From positions 672,001-736,000 of the forward strand of contig CAVXPZ010000003.1 of assembly GCA_963763775.1 (NCBI GenBank): a DNA stretch of 64,000 bases, read 5' to 3'. Below the pieces are notes generated by a model. It was given only the letters and a program-made list of their open reading frames with translations, was not told the DNA's origin and ran no database searches. The position numbers were made by a program, and so were the translations under genes. This document shows, in pieces, positions 31,062-40,741 of this stretch (position 1 is the stretch's first letter; each line of letters opens with the position of its first letter). The DNA comes from an uncultured Chloroflexia bacterium (lineage in GTDB: Bacteria > Chloroflexota > Limnocylindria > Limnocylindrales > CSP1-4).

Positions 31062-31450
31062 GCGCCCCGCCGGTCCGGCGGCGCTCGTGGGCGGAGGTCC
31101 GCTGGCGGCAATTCCGCCATGCGCCGCGGCCTGTCGTCCGGGCCGTCATGGCCAGCCTCGTGATCGCGGTCGTCCTCGCGACGGCCTACGTCGTCTACGA
31201 CGTCCTGCTCAGTCGAGGCGTCGTCCTCCCGGGCGGCGATCTGCGCACGCTCGCGGTCGCCGTGTACGTCGTGCTGGTCCTGGTGATCGGCAGCGTCGTG
31301 ACCTACCTGGTCGTGCCACAGCCCACGGGATCGGGCACCGTCGTGCGCCGGTCCGCCTGGAGTGCCGCGCTCGGGTTCTTCGCCGCGGTCCCCATCGCCT
31401 ATCTCGTGATGGTCGTCGCCGTGCAGATCGTGCGTCCCGCCTTGGGTTGA
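31058..31450 (+). CDS. Small membrane protein
   Basis: Three TM segments, ATGA overlap with the upstream stop, GC3-rich codons. Confidence 0.7.
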   Translation: MSAPPVRRRSWAEVRWRQFRHAPRPVVRAVMASLVIAVVLATAYVVYDVLLSRGVVLPGGDLRTLAVAVYVVLVLVIGSVVTYLVVPQPTGSGTVVRRSAWSAALGFFAAVPIAYLVMVVAVQIVRPALG

Positions 31451-31592
31451 CGGCGCGCAACACATGGGACGTTCGGGCCACCCCGAAGGGTGGACCTCGT
31501 CCCTACAATCCCCTTCGGTATCGTTCCTCGGTATCATCGAGGACGCGAGCCGGAGCGCCGGTTCGCCCGGAACGAGCACAGAGGTCCACGCG

Positions 31593-31886
31593 TTGTCCAT
31601 CGACGAACAGCACGTCGCACTCCCGAAGCTCTACGGCGCGCCCGCCTATGCGCGGCCGACGGGGCATCGGGCGGAGGCGCCGCGACCCTTCGATCCGGAC
31701 GAGCTCCCGATCGAGGCGGCGATGACCGACGAGGACCGCGCGATCGCCGAGGAGCTGCTCGGTCGGGACGGCTCGAGTTCCGCCGACGACGGCCTGAACG
31801 GGCACGGGGTCGGTCTGCAGGGCCGGCCGTTCAGCATCCGTGGACTCGCCAGCCGGATCCTCAAGCAGGACGAGAGCCGGGTGTAG
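31593..31886 (+). CDS. Small hypothetical protein
   Basis: GAGGT RBS then TTG; MSIDEQHVALPKLYGAPAYARP..PFDPDELPIE. Confidence 0.6.
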   Translation: MSIDEQHVALPKLYGAPAYARPTGHRAEAPRPFDPDELPIEAAMTDEDRAIAEELLGRDGSSSADDGLNGHGVGLQGRPFSIRGLASRILKQDESRV

Positions 31887-31895
31887 CATCCCCAC

Positions 31896-31972
31896 GGGGG
31901 AGTAGCTCAATCGGTCAGAGCGGCGGGCTTATATCCCGCTGGTTCCAGGTTCGAGTCCTGGCTCCCCTACCA
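31896..31972 (+). tRNA. tRNA-Ile with anticodon UAU
   Basis: Acceptor GGGGGAG/CTCCCCT, D-arm GCTC/GAGC, anticodon arm GCGGG-CTTATAT-CCCGC, T-arm CCAGG-TTCGAGT-CCTGG, A73, encoded CCA; -10 TAGCAT upstream. Confidence 0.92.
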
Positions 31973-31994
31973 CCCCAGCGTGGCACGAACCCGG

Positions 31995-32720
31995 TCAGGT
32001 CGCGTCCCGCAGCAGCCCCAGCAGCCGGTTGCGCCGGTCCGCCGTGAGGCTCCGCTGGCGAGGCAACGACGCCACCCACGCCGAGAGCTGTTCGCTCGTC
32101 ACGACCGCGCAGGCGGCACTGCGCGCGAGGGCGTCATCCGTCGTCACGATCGCGCCGTAGACGCGCACGACGAAATCCACCTCGTGCTGGCCCAGCCATC
32201 GACGAAGCCGTTCGGCGTCGCGGGTCACCGGGTCCCGCGGGTCCATGGCCTTCGTGTCCGTCTCGTCCGACACGGCCGCCCGTCGTCGACGGGTCGTCTC
32301 GGTCAGGCCGTGCACGACGGCCACGCCGAACCCGCCGACGAGGATGGTCGGGGCCGGACGACCGTCGTCGAGCCGGACGCCGCGGATGACGGTCACGTCG
32401 TGGGGCAGGGTGGCGAGGTGGTCCGGATCCGACCGGGTCAGCCCGGCGCGAACCACCGCGAGCATGTGGGCGAGCCGGTCGGTGCCCAGGAGGACCAGGC
32501 CCGCCGGCGCCGCGAGCATCGCGGCCCAGGCCAGGACGCCGATCGCCGGCCCCGCGGCGCCCGGACCGACCGTCTCGGCGAGGAGGGCCACGATCCGCGT
32601 GGTGAGCGCGAGGCAGACCAGCCAGACGCCCAGGAGGACGAGGCTCGTCCCGACGAGGGTCTCGCCGAGGACGGATCCGACGGGTCGCGGGGAGCGGTCG
32701 ACGGTGAGGGGGAAGGGCAT
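31995..32720 (-). CDS. Membrane protein with a degenerate NERD-like domain
   Basis: Two TM helices, then [33 protein letters not shown]; the usual D/ExK residues are absent. Confidence 0.55.
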   Translation of the reverse strand: MPFPLTVDRSPRPVGSVLGETLVGTSLVLLGVWLVCLALTTRIVALLAETVGPGAAGPAIGVLAWAAMLAAPAGLVLLGTDRLAHMLAVVRAGLTRSDPDHLATLPHDVTVIRGVRLDDGRPAPTILVGGFGVAVVHGLTETTRRRRAAVSDETDTKAMDPRDPVTRDAERLRRWLGQHEVDFVVRVYGAIVTTDDALARSAACAVVTSEQLSAWVASLPRQRSLTADRRNRLLGLLRDAT

Positions 32721-33008
32721 GGCGGCATGGTGGCGCGAGGTGGTCTCCGGCGGAATGGCCAGACCGGGGTAACCCGATCCGGCGGACGGACCAGCCTCCC
32801 CTCCGGACCGCACAGCAGCGCCACCGGCCGGTGTCGCACCGCACCGTTTTCGTCCGATGCGGCGCGACGGGGGACCGACGGTGGTCAGACCCGACCGGGA
32901 CCCCCGTACCATTGCCCGCCCCCACGCTCGCGACCATCCTCGGCTGCGTACCAACGCATGCCCATGCCCTGGAGGCCACGCGGCTTGGGAAGAACGAACC
33001 GAGCACGA

Positions 33009-34571
33009 ATGACGCCACCGACACGGCCCTGGATCGGGGGGATCCTGCTGGCCGCGTCGCTGGTCGCCCTGCTCGTGGCTCCGGTGTTCGGCGCGGACCC
33101 GGCCTCGCTCTCGAAGGCCGACGTCTCGCCACGGTCCGGCGACGTGACCACGCGGTTCACCTTCCTGGTCACCTTCGTCGACTCCAGCGGCCGTCGACCG
33201 TCGTCGATCCAGGTCCGCATCGGCAACGACACGCATCGCCTGTGGCGGTCGCAGGGCCGCGACGTCCGGACGGGCGTGGTCTATCGATGGTCGGGCCAGC
33301 TGCCGAAGGGCAAGCATGACGTCACCTTCGAGGGGCGCAGCCGCGAGGGGACGACCCTCTCCCTGGGCGCCGGGAGCGTCCAGGTCGGTCCGCCGGACCC
33401 GACGCCCACACCGAAGCCGACACCGAAGCCGAAGCCGACCCCGAAGCCGACGCCCAAACCCCGGCCCACCGAGCAGCCGCAGCCCCAGCCGCGATCGACG
33501 CCTCGCCCCGACCCACAGCCGACCAGGCGACCGACGGTCAAGCCGACGCCCGCCCCGACCCCCAGCCCCGACCTGATCGTCGGCGTCGTCCCGCTGGGCG
33601 AGCCGAACGACGCACCCCCGACGGGAGTCCCGCAGGATCCGGCCCTCGCGTTCGTCCCCACGCCCAGTCCCTCGCCCAGCGACGCGGTGACCGCGGTCGT
33701 CGTCCCCGGGACGACCGACGGCGGCCAGGCCGGCCCGGGTGCCGGGGGTCCGTCCGGCCCTGATGGCACGGGAGGGACGGGCGGCGGCGATACCTCGGCG
33801 ACCGGCGGGGGATCGACCAGGGACCACACCTGGGGACCCCTGGCAAGCCTGACGGCCATGCTCGGCATCGGGACGCCGACCATCCCCGTCTTCCCGTTCA
33901 TGCCGACCGTCGTGACCACCTCGGGCGTCGCGGCGGCATCGATGGCGCTCGGGCTCTTCGGTCGCAAGCGTCGCGACGAGGAAGCCCCGGCGTCCGACGC
34001 GGTCCTCGCCGCGGCCGCCGCGGAGGGCATCGGTGTCGGCGCGGGCGCCATCGCCGGTCTCGACGATGACGAGGACGACGATGACCTGATCGGCCCCGAC
34101 GAGTACGACCTCGACGCGGAATCCCTCTTGCCGCGGTGGCGACGCCCGTCCCTCCTCCAGGCCCGCAAGGCCGACCCGCTCCGGAACGGCGAGTCCACGC
34201 CACGGCTCGCCTTCGACCACGGCTTCAACGGGTCGATCGCCGGCACGGAGCGGCGGATGATCCGCTACACGGTCGTTCGCCTGCTCGACGCGCCGGATGA
34301 GCTCCGCGGTCGGGAGATCGGCGTGCTGGGCGAGGGCGACGAGGTCGAGCTGCTCGAGAAGCAGGGCGTCTACTGGCTCGTCGCCTGCCCGGATGGCGGC
34401 CGGGGCTGGATCCACAAGATGACCCTCGGCGCCGAGGTCGGCCGCCCGCCGTCCAACGACGCCCCGTCGGCATCGTTGCCCCTCGCGGCCGAGACCTGGA
34501 CGATGGGCGAGTCCGACGTCGACGACGACGTCCTGGCCGCGTACCTCGCGTCGCGGGAGCGGGCGGGCTAG
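33009..34571 (+). CDS. Secreted/membrane-anchored protein: beta-rich domain, Pro/Thr linker, TM, C-terminal SH3-like domain
   Basis: Signal peptide, PTPKPTPKP repeats, hydrophobic segment + [25 protein letters not shown]. Confidence 0.72.
   Translation: MTPPTRPWIGGILLAASLVALLVAPVFGADPASLSKADVSPRSGDVTTRFTFLVTFVDSSGRRPSSIQVRIGNDTHRLWRSQGRDVRTGVVYRWSGQLPKGKHDVTFEGRSREGTTLSLGAGSVQVGPPDPTPTPKPTPKPKPTPKPTPKPRPTEQPQPQPRSTPRPDPQPTRRPTVKPTPAPTPSPDLIVGVVPLGEPNDAPPTGVPQDPALAFVPTPSPSPSDAVTAVVVPGTTDGGQAGPGAGGPSGPDGTGGTGGGDTSATGGGSTRDHTWGPLASLTAMLGIGTPTIPVFPFMPTVVTTSGVAAASMALGLFGRKRRDEEAPASDAVLAAAAAEGIGVGAGAIAGLDDDEDDDDLIGPDEYDLDAESLLPRWRRPSLLQARKADPLRNGESTPRLAFDHGFNGSIAGTERRMIRYTVVRLLDAPDELRGREIGVLGEGDEVELLEKQGVYWLVACPDGGRGWIHKMTLGAEVGRPPSNDAPSASLPLAAETWTMGESDVDDDVLAAYLASRERAG
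33401..33570 (+). repeat. Coding low-complexity PTPK/PQ repeat
   Basis: Recurring ccgaagccga units encoding a proline-rich linker. Confidence 0.7.
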
Positions 34572-35488
34572 GCCTTCGCCGGTTCCCGCCGCAGCACGAT
34601 GATGTGCTGGTGGGCGATGTTCGGGACGAACGCCCGCGGATAGCCGTACGGCCGAAGCCGTGTCCCGGCCTGGTACCAGATGAGGTCACCCTTGGGCACG
34701 AGGCCCGCGGCGTCGGCCCGGGCGGCGAGATCCGAGGCCGTGAAGAGGTACCGGCCGCCCTGGTAGGCGTCGCGCACGATGACGACCGCGTAGCGGCCCG
34801 GTCGGAGCACGCGGGCGATCTCCCCGAACACCACGCCCATCCGGTCGAGGAAGGTCGGGTAGTCGGGGGCGTTGGCGAGGTCGGCCGGGGAGTCGGTGAT
34901 CATCGCGTAGTCCGTCCGCCGGTTGGCGTGCGCCTCCGCGAGCCGCCCGCCGGCCATCGTCAGCGGGAGCTGGACGTTGTACGGCGGATCGGTGGCCACG
35001 AAGTCGACGGACGCGGACGCGATCGTCGGCAGGACCTGGAGCGAGTCACCCACGCGAAGGTCGCAACCGGACGGATCGAAGCCGCGCGGACCGCCGGGGT
35101 CGGCGGTGCCGAGATCCGCGATGTCGGGGCCGAGGCCGTCGCGCTCGGCCTGGAGGGCCGCGACCACCTGGCCGTAGATCGTCACCCAGCGTGGATCGAG
35201 CTCGATCCCGATCGCCCGCCGCGGCCCGTGCGCGATCGCCGCCCCGAGCAGCGTGCCGCCGACGCCGGCGAACGGGTCGAGCACGAGGTCGCCGGTCTTC
35301 GTGAAGAACTCGATGAGCCGCGCCATGAGCCGCGGCGGCTTGTTCGCGCCATGGGCCTTCCGTGCCGCGTGCCCGAGTTCCGAGGGGTACGCGGTCGTCA
35401 GGACGGACTTCGTGAAGTAGAGCCAGGACTCCCCGGACAGCTCATTGAGCGTGTTGTCGGGATGGGGCGCTCCCGGTCCGTCTGCCAT
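34568..35488 (-). CDS. Orphan N4/N6-type nucleic-acid methyltransferase
   Basis: [17 protein letters not shown] (motif I), GIEL, GDS, TDPPY (motif IV), RVLRPG; leaderless TAGGCT. Confidence 0.85.
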   Translation of the reverse strand: MADGPGAPHPDNTLNELSGESWLYFTKSVLTTAYPSELGHAARKAHGANKPPRLMARLIEFFTKTGDLVLDPFAGVGGTLLGAAIAHGPRRAIGIELDPRWVTIYGQVVAALQAERDGLGPDIADLGTADPGGPRGFDPSGCDLRVGDSLQVLPTIASASVDFVATDPPYNVQLPLTMAGGRLAEAHANRRTDYAMITDSPADLANAPDYPTFLDRMGVVFGEIARVLRPGRYAVVIVRDAYQGGRYLFTASDLAARADAAGLVPKGDLIWYQAGTRLRPYGYPRAFVPNIAHQHIIVLRREPAKA

Positions 35489-35575
35489 CGACTCCAGCCT
35501 AGCCGAGCGGCCGCCTGGCCGGCGCCCCGCCGCGCTCGTCGTCGGAGCCCGAGCGCAGGGCCCTAGAATGCGGCC

Positions 35576-38500
35576 ATGCCCGGCCGGTACACGAGCCCGC
35601 GGTTCGTCGGGCGTGAGGACGCGTTCGCGCGACTCGCGTCCGTGCTGGACGACGCCGCCAGCGGGCACGCCCGGACGATGCTCCTGCGAGGGCCTGCCGG
35701 CATCGGGATCTCGCGGTTCCTCGATGAGGCGACCGGCCGGATCGGCACCCTGAGCGAGCCGATGACGGTCCTGCGCGCCGCCGCGACGCCGGTCGGGACG
35801 GACGAGCCATACGGGCCGATCGTCCGGGCCCTGGGGCCGACGCTCGACGCGCTGCCGCCGGACGAGCTTCGCCGGATCCTCGGCCCGGCGGCGGGCGACG
35901 TCGTGCGCCTGCTGCCGTCGGTCGGCGTCGCGCTCGAGCGGTCCGGCGACCCGGTCACCGCCCGCGGCGCGGGCGAGCCCGAGCGACGGGCCGAGCGGAT
36001 CATGGAGGGGGTCCTCGGGATCCTCGGCCGTCTCGGGGTCCGCCGTCCGGTGGTCCTCGTGCTGGAGGACCTGCATCGCGCCGATGCGGCGACGCGCGAG
36101 CTGGTCACCTTCGTGGCCCGCGTGGCCGCCCGTCAGCGCCTGGCGGTCATCGCGTCGGACCAGCCCGACATCGTGCCGCGCGACGACCCGTGGCTCCGGG
36201 CGGTGTCGGCCATCGTCGCCGCGCCGCGGCCCCTCGAGAGCCTGACGCTGCCGGTGCTCGATCGCGGCGAGCTGGCGGCCCTCATCGAGGCCGTCGAGGG
36301 CGAGCGAGCATCGGCCAGCCTCCTCCTGCTGGTCGCGGAACGCTCCGGTGGCAGCCCGCTCGTCGCGGAGGAGCTCCTCGCGGCCAGGCGCGAGCTGCCG
36401 ACCGCGTCGCTGACCGGGTCGCTCGACGAGATCGTGGTCGGTCGCCTGTCCGTGCGCAGCGTGGAATGCCGTCGCGTGCTCCGGCTCATCGCCCCGGCCG
36501 GGATCGGCCTGACCCGGGCGGAGCTCGCCCAGGTGGCCGCCCGCTTCGAGGCCGAGACGAGCCGCCCGGCGCCTCGCTCGGTGAGCGGGCCGCGGCGTGG
36601 CAGCGGCGACCTGGACGCGGACCTGACCGCGGGCCTGCTCGAGGGTCTCGAGCACGGGTTCCTGGTCGAGCGCGACGGGCTCATCGCGTGCCGGCACGAG
36701 CTGATCGCCCGCGCGATCGAGCGCGACCTGCTGCCGATGGCCCGGACCCGGTTCCACGCGGCCATCGCGGCCGGCATCGACGGGCACCCCTCCGCGGCGG
36801 CGAGGCACTGGCTCGAAGCCCATGACGTCCATGCGGCCCGCGACGCGGCGATCGCGGCGGCGGACATGGCGGCGTCCCGGGCGGCCGCGGCGGACGAGCT
36901 GGCGTGGCTGGAACTCGCCCTGTCCCTGACCGACCCCGACCGACCCGACGGTCGCGCGCGCCGCCGCACGGACCGCCGCGCGCTGGCGCTCCCGGGCGAT
37001 CGCGCGGACCTCCAGGAGCGCGCGGCCGAGGCGGCCATGGCCACGGGACGGACGTCGCGCGCGATCGCCTACATCGAGTCGGCGATCGGCCTGCTGGACG
37101 CGCGACGCGACCGCGTCCGCGCGGGCCTGCTCCACGAGCGGATGGCGCACATGCTCCACGCGTCCGGCGATCCAGCGGGCGCGCGCGCGGCCGCGATCCG
37201 CGCCGTGGAACTGGTCCCGCGCGAGCCGAGCGTGGCCCGGGCGACGGTCGTCGCGCGTCTCGCGCAGCTCTGCATGCTCGACGGCATCTTCTCGGACGCC
37301 ACGCGCTGGGCGAAGGACGCGATCAAGGTCGCGCGGGCCTGCGACCCCGTGGCGAAGGCGCAGGAGATCCACGCCACGACGACGCTCGCGGTCGCGCTCG
37401 CCTGGGGCCGGGACCCGAACGCGGCCATCGCCCTGCTCCTCGAGGCGGACGCGGCCGCCCGCGAGATCGACGACTCTGACGCGCTCTTCCGGATCTCGGC
37501 GAACCTCACGACCGTGCTCGACCTCGTCGGCCGGCGAGCGGAGGCCGTCGACGTGGCCTATCGCGGGATCGAGGATGCCCGCCGGGCCGGGCTCGAGGCC
37601 GTCTACGGCAACTTCCTGGTCGGCAACGTCGCGGAGTCGCTGATCCTGCTCGGACGCTGGGACGAGGCGCGGACCCTGACCGAGCGGGCGCTGACGTGGT
37701 TGCCGGCGGGCCTCATCTTCCAGACGACGGTGCCTCGAGACCGCGGTCATCGAGATCGAAAGCGATGCCGGTCGCGGCGCCACCACCCTGCTCGGTCAGC
37801 TCGCGCTCGAGCTCGACGCGATGCGCGAGCCGCAGCTCGCGGTCCCGTACAGCCTGGCGGTGGCGTCCTACGCGCTGTGGCGGGGCGACGCCGCCGATGC
37901 CGCGCGCTCGGCCGATCGGGCGTGGCAGATCGTCCGCTCGACCGAGGAATGGGTCCTCGCCGCACGCGTCGCCGCCGTGGTGGCCCAGGTGGACGCCGCG
38001 ATCGGCGCCGACGCCCACGAGCGTCGACAGCTGGCGCCCGCTGGCGACCGCCCGGACGCACACGGCGGACGTCCTCGCGGCCGCGGCGATCCTCGTCGAA
38101 GCGGGCGGGGCGTCACCGACCACCGGGTCGCGGCGCGTCGCCGAGGCGTACCTCGCCACGGCACGGGCCTTCCAGCGACGGCTCGAAGGTGACGAGTCCG
38201 TCGCCGTGTGGTCCAAGGTCGCGACGATGTGGAAGCAGCTCGACGCCCCGTACGAGGTGGCGCTCGCCCGGTGGCGACAGGCCGAAGCGATGCTCGGAAG
38301 CGGCGCGGGACGAGCGGGCCGGGCCAGCGCCAAGGCCCCGCTCCTGGAGTCGGCGACGCTGGCGATCTCGATGGGCGCGCGCCCACTCCTGCGGAATCTG
38401 CGAGACCTGGCGGGCCGGGCGCGCATCGACCTGCCGGACGACCGTCGATCGGCTCCTCGAGGCCCGGCCGGTCGAGGAGGCCACGGCTGGTTCGACGAGC

Positions 38501-38806
38501 CGTGGGAACGGCCACGATCGCCACCATCCCGACCTGGTCAAGGCGATCGTCGGTGAGCCCGCGCCGAAGGGACGCGGCGACACCTTCGGACTGAGCGGCC
38601 GCGAGCGCGAGGTGCTCCTGTTGCTCGCCGAGGGACGGACGAACCGCGAGATCGGGGAGCGGCTCTTCATCAGCCAGAAGACCGTGGGCGTCCACGTCGG
38701 CAACATCCTGGCGAAGCTGGAGGTGTCCGGCCGCGTCGAGGCGGCCGCGGTCGCGATCCGCCTCGGGATCACCGACCGCCCGGAGTCGAGGGTGTCCGGC
38801 CGCTGA
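35576..38806 (+). CDS. Large ATP-binding LuxR-family (LAL/STAND) regulator with compensating frameshifts near 37730, 38040 and 38445
   Basis: FVGRE, GPAGIGISR, LEDLHRAD, RSGGSPL, RHELI, helical repeats, C-terminal LSGREREVL..TNREIGERLFIS.KTV.VHV; leaderless TAGAAT. Confidence 0.9.
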   Translation: MPGRYTSPRFVGREDAFARLASVLDDAASGHARTMLLRGPAGIGISRFLDEATGRIGTLSEPMTVLRAAATPVGTDEPYGPIVRALGPTLDALPPDELRRILGPAAGDVVRLLPSVGVALERSGDPVTARGAGEPERRAERIMEGVLGILGRLGVRRPVVLVLEDLHRADAATRELVTFVARVAARQRLAVIASDQPDIVPRDDPWLRAVSAIVAAPRPLESLTLPVLDRGELAALIEAVEGERASASLLLLVAERSGGSPLVAEELLAARRELPTASLTGSLDEIVVGRLSVRSVECRRVLRLIAPAGIGLTRAELAQVAARFEAETSRPAPRSVSGPRRGSGDLDADLTAGLLEGLEHGFLVERDGLIACRHELIARAIERDLLPMARTRFHAAIAAGIDGHPSAAARHWLEAHDVHAARDAAIAAADMAASRAAAADELAWLELALSLTDPDRPDGRARRRTDRRALALPGDRADLQERAAEAAMATGRTSRAIAYIESAIGLLDARRDRVRAGLLHERMAHMLHASGDPAGARAAAIRAVELVPREPSVARATVVARLAQLCMLDGIFSDATRWAKDAIKVARACDPVAKAQEIHATTTLAVALAWGRDPNAAIALLLEADAAAREIDDSDALFRISANLTTVLDLVGRRAEAVDVAYRGIEDARRAGLEAVYGNFLVGNVAESLILLGRWDEARTLTERALTWLPAGLIFQTTVPRDRGHRDRKRCRSRRHHPARSARARARRDARAAARGPVQPGGGVLRAVAGRRRRCRALGRSGVADRPLDRGMGPRRTRRRRGGPGGRRDRRRRPRASTAGARWRPPGRTRRTSSRPRRSSSKRAGRHRPPGRGASPRRTSPRHGPSSDGSKVTSPSPCGPRSRRCGSSSTPRTRWRSPGGDRPKRCSEAARDERAGPAPRPRSWSRRRWRSRWARAHSCGICETWRAGRASTCRTTVDRLLEARPVEEATAGSTSRGNGHDRHHPDLVKAIVGEPAPKGRGDTFGLSGREREVLLLLAEGRTNREIGERLFISQKTVGVHVGNILAKLEVSGRVEAAAVAIRLGITDRPESRVSGR

Positions 38807-38827
38807 CGTCTCGGGTGCCGGACACCA

Positions 38828-38858
38828 CGAGACCCGGAGGGAGGGTCTCCGGGTCTCG
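38828..38858. terminator. Perfect 12-bp hairpin between convergent genes
   Basis: CGAGACCCGGAG-N7-CTCCGGGTCTCG. Confidence 0.7.
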
Positions 38859-38923
38859 AAGGTTCGCCGATCGCCTGACCGGGGATGAGCCCCCGGATCA
38901 GGCAGCGAAATGAGGCAGCGAGG

Positions 38924-39035
38924 TCAGTGGGTTAGCTTCCACTTGTAGCCCGCGACGAGCGACAACGCGATCGCGGCAAGGGGACCGACGGTGATGCGCG
39001 AGCCTCCAGGCTCGGTGCGCGTAGTGCTTGATCAT
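38924..39035 (-). CDS. Putative ~36-37 aa basic-hydrophobic peptide (needs one indel)
   Basis: GGAG 8 nt before ATG; MIKHYAHRAWRLA joined to ITVGPLAAIALSLVAGYKWKLTH* across one indel near 38996. Confidence 0.5.
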
Positions 39036-39102
39036 CGGGTGGGCTCCGATCCGGTTTCTGTGTCGTTACCACCCAGGGAATCCCGGAGGTGGACGGCGAG
39101 CC

Positions 39103-39116
39103 TAGGACCGGTCCTA
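39103..39116. promoter_or_regulatory. Perfect 14-bp palindrome, possible LuxR/NarL-type operator
   Basis: TAGGACCGGTCCTA. Confidence 0.45.
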
Positions 39117-39287
39117 CGCGATCACAACCACGACCATGGTACGGGGGGCGACTGGTACTCGAGGTGTAAAACCGGGCGAGATCGTGCGTGTCAGGGTAGA
39201 TTCATGGCGATCCACGACCGGTGCATCGGTGCGCCACGATTGCACCAGAGGTCCCCATCACCGCCCGATCAGAGGTCCTTTCCACCC

Positions 39288-39785
39288 ATGCGACCGCGTC
39301 GACTGCTTGCCACCACCGCCCTGCTCGGCCTCGTCGTCGCCGCCTGTTCCAGCGCGTCCGCCGAGTGGACCTACGCCCCTGCGCCGCCACCGACCCCCAT
39401 CCCGAGCCAGTCCGGATCGGCCGCGCCCTCGGGTGCGCCGTCCGCCGAACCGTCGGGTGGCGGGTCGGCCGCGCCGTCGGGTGCGCCGTCGGCCGCGCCA
39501 TCCGGCGGCGGCTCCACGGTCACGATCACCGCGCAGAACATCGCGTTCACCACGACGGACGTCACGGCCCCGGCGGCGGGGTTCACCCTCGCCTTCGACA
39601 ACGAGGACGCCGGCGTCCCCCACGACGTCCAGATCGACGACGCCAACGGCCAGAAGGTCTTCGAGACCGAGATCTTCCCGGGGGTCGCGACGCGGTCGTA
39701 CCCGGTCGCGGCCCTTGCCGCGGGCGCCTACACATTCAAGTGCACGGTGCATCAGAACATGACCGGGAAGCTCACCGTCCAGTAG
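39288..39785 (+). CDS. Cupredoxin (type-1 copper) lipoprotein
   Basis: Lipobox VAAC, SAAPSG linker, PHD and YTFKCTVHQNM (His/Cys/His/Met ligands). Confidence 0.88.
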   Translation: MRPRRLLATTALLGLVVAACSSASAEWTYAPAPPPTPIPSQSGSAAPSGAPSAEPSGGGSAAPSGAPSAAPSGGGSTVTITAQNIAFTTTDVTAPAAGFTLAFDNEDAGVPHDVQIDDANGQKVFETEIFPGVATRSYPVAALAAGAYTFKCTVHQNMTGKLTVQ

Positions 39786-39798
39786 CGAGGCGACGCGG

Positions 39799-40548
39799 AT
39801 GACCCCGATCGGGGAGCAGCTCTGCTATGCCGACGCGTACGCCCGGTCGGTCGAGGCAAGGGTCCGGGCCGTGGACGTCGGCGAGGCGACGGTCGTCGTC
39901 CTGGACCGGACGGTCTTCTACCCGGGCGGGGGCGGACAGCCCTCCGATCGCGGCCTGCTCCTGCGAACCGCGGATGGCCGGTCGTGGACGGTCCGTGCCG
40001 CCCGCAAGCTCGACGGCGAGATCGTCCACGAGCTCGAGCCCGACGGTGCCGAGCCGCCCGCGGTGGGCGATGTCCTCGAGGTCGACCTCGACTGGGCCCG
40101 ACGGCTCACGCTGATGCGCACCCACACGGCCCTGCATGCCCTCTGCGGCGTGGTGTGGCGCGACTACGGGGCCCTCGTGACCGGCGGGAACATGGAGCCG
40201 GGGACGGCACGCATGGACTTCGAGTTCGAGCGGATGTCGGGCGACCTCGTCGACGCGATCGAGGCCGCGGTCAACATCGAGCTCGCGGCGCAGCGCGATG
40301 TGCGCGTCAACGTCCTGCCCCGGGACGAGGCGTTCGCCATCCCGGACCTCATCCGCACGAAGGTCAACCTGCTGCCCGAGGGCATCGAGGAGATCCGCAC
40401 GATCGAGATCGTGGGGCTCGACCTGCAGGCGGACGGCGGGACGCACGTCGCGAACACGCGCGAGGTCGGTCGGATCAACGTGACGGGCTACGAGTCCAAG
40501 GGCCGCATCAACAAGCGGATCCGGATCGCGCTGACCGACCCGGACTGA
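39799..40548 (+). CDS. alaX: Alanyl-tRNA editing protein AlaX
   Basis: TVFYPGGGGQPSD, MRTHTALH, QADGGTHV. Confidence 0.9.
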   Translation: MTPIGEQLCYADAYARSVEARVRAVDVGEATVVVLDRTVFYPGGGGQPSDRGLLLRTADGRSWTVRAARKLDGEIVHELEPDGAEPPAVGDVLEVDLDWARRLTLMRTHTALHALCGVVWRDYGALVTGGNMEPGTARMDFEFERMSGDLVDAIEAAVNIELAAQRDVRVNVLPRDEAFAIPDLIRTKVNLLPEGIEEIRTIEIVGLDLQADGGTHVANTREVGRINVTGYESKGRINKRIRIALTDPD

Positions 40549-40741
40549 CGTCCCGGCCCACCGGACGGGTGGTGACGCGGCGGCGTGATGTGTATCCTCA
40601 TGAGCCCCCGGCGGGCGTCGGCCCGCGGGAGGTGCAGAATTCGGCACATCCGGGCGGCCGAGCAGCCCACTCCGGGTGACCGAGGACCGACAGGCAGCCG
40701 CGCACCCCGCGACCGCGTGACGGCCGGAGGATGAGGTCGGA

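Noticed and set aside
31896-32720. tRNA as the integration site of a genomic island
   Set aside because: No integrase, no duplicated tRNA 3' end noticed, and no visible composition shift.
32721-33008. Riboswitch or ncRNA in the long intergenic regions (also 40549-40741)
   Set aside because: No recognisable aptamer consensus by eye; an Rfam/Infernal scan would be needed.
33401-33570. Short tandem repeats as CRISPR or VNTR
   Set aside because: They encode a PTPK linker and have no spacer structure; the SAAPSG repeats at ~39418-39510 are likewise coding.
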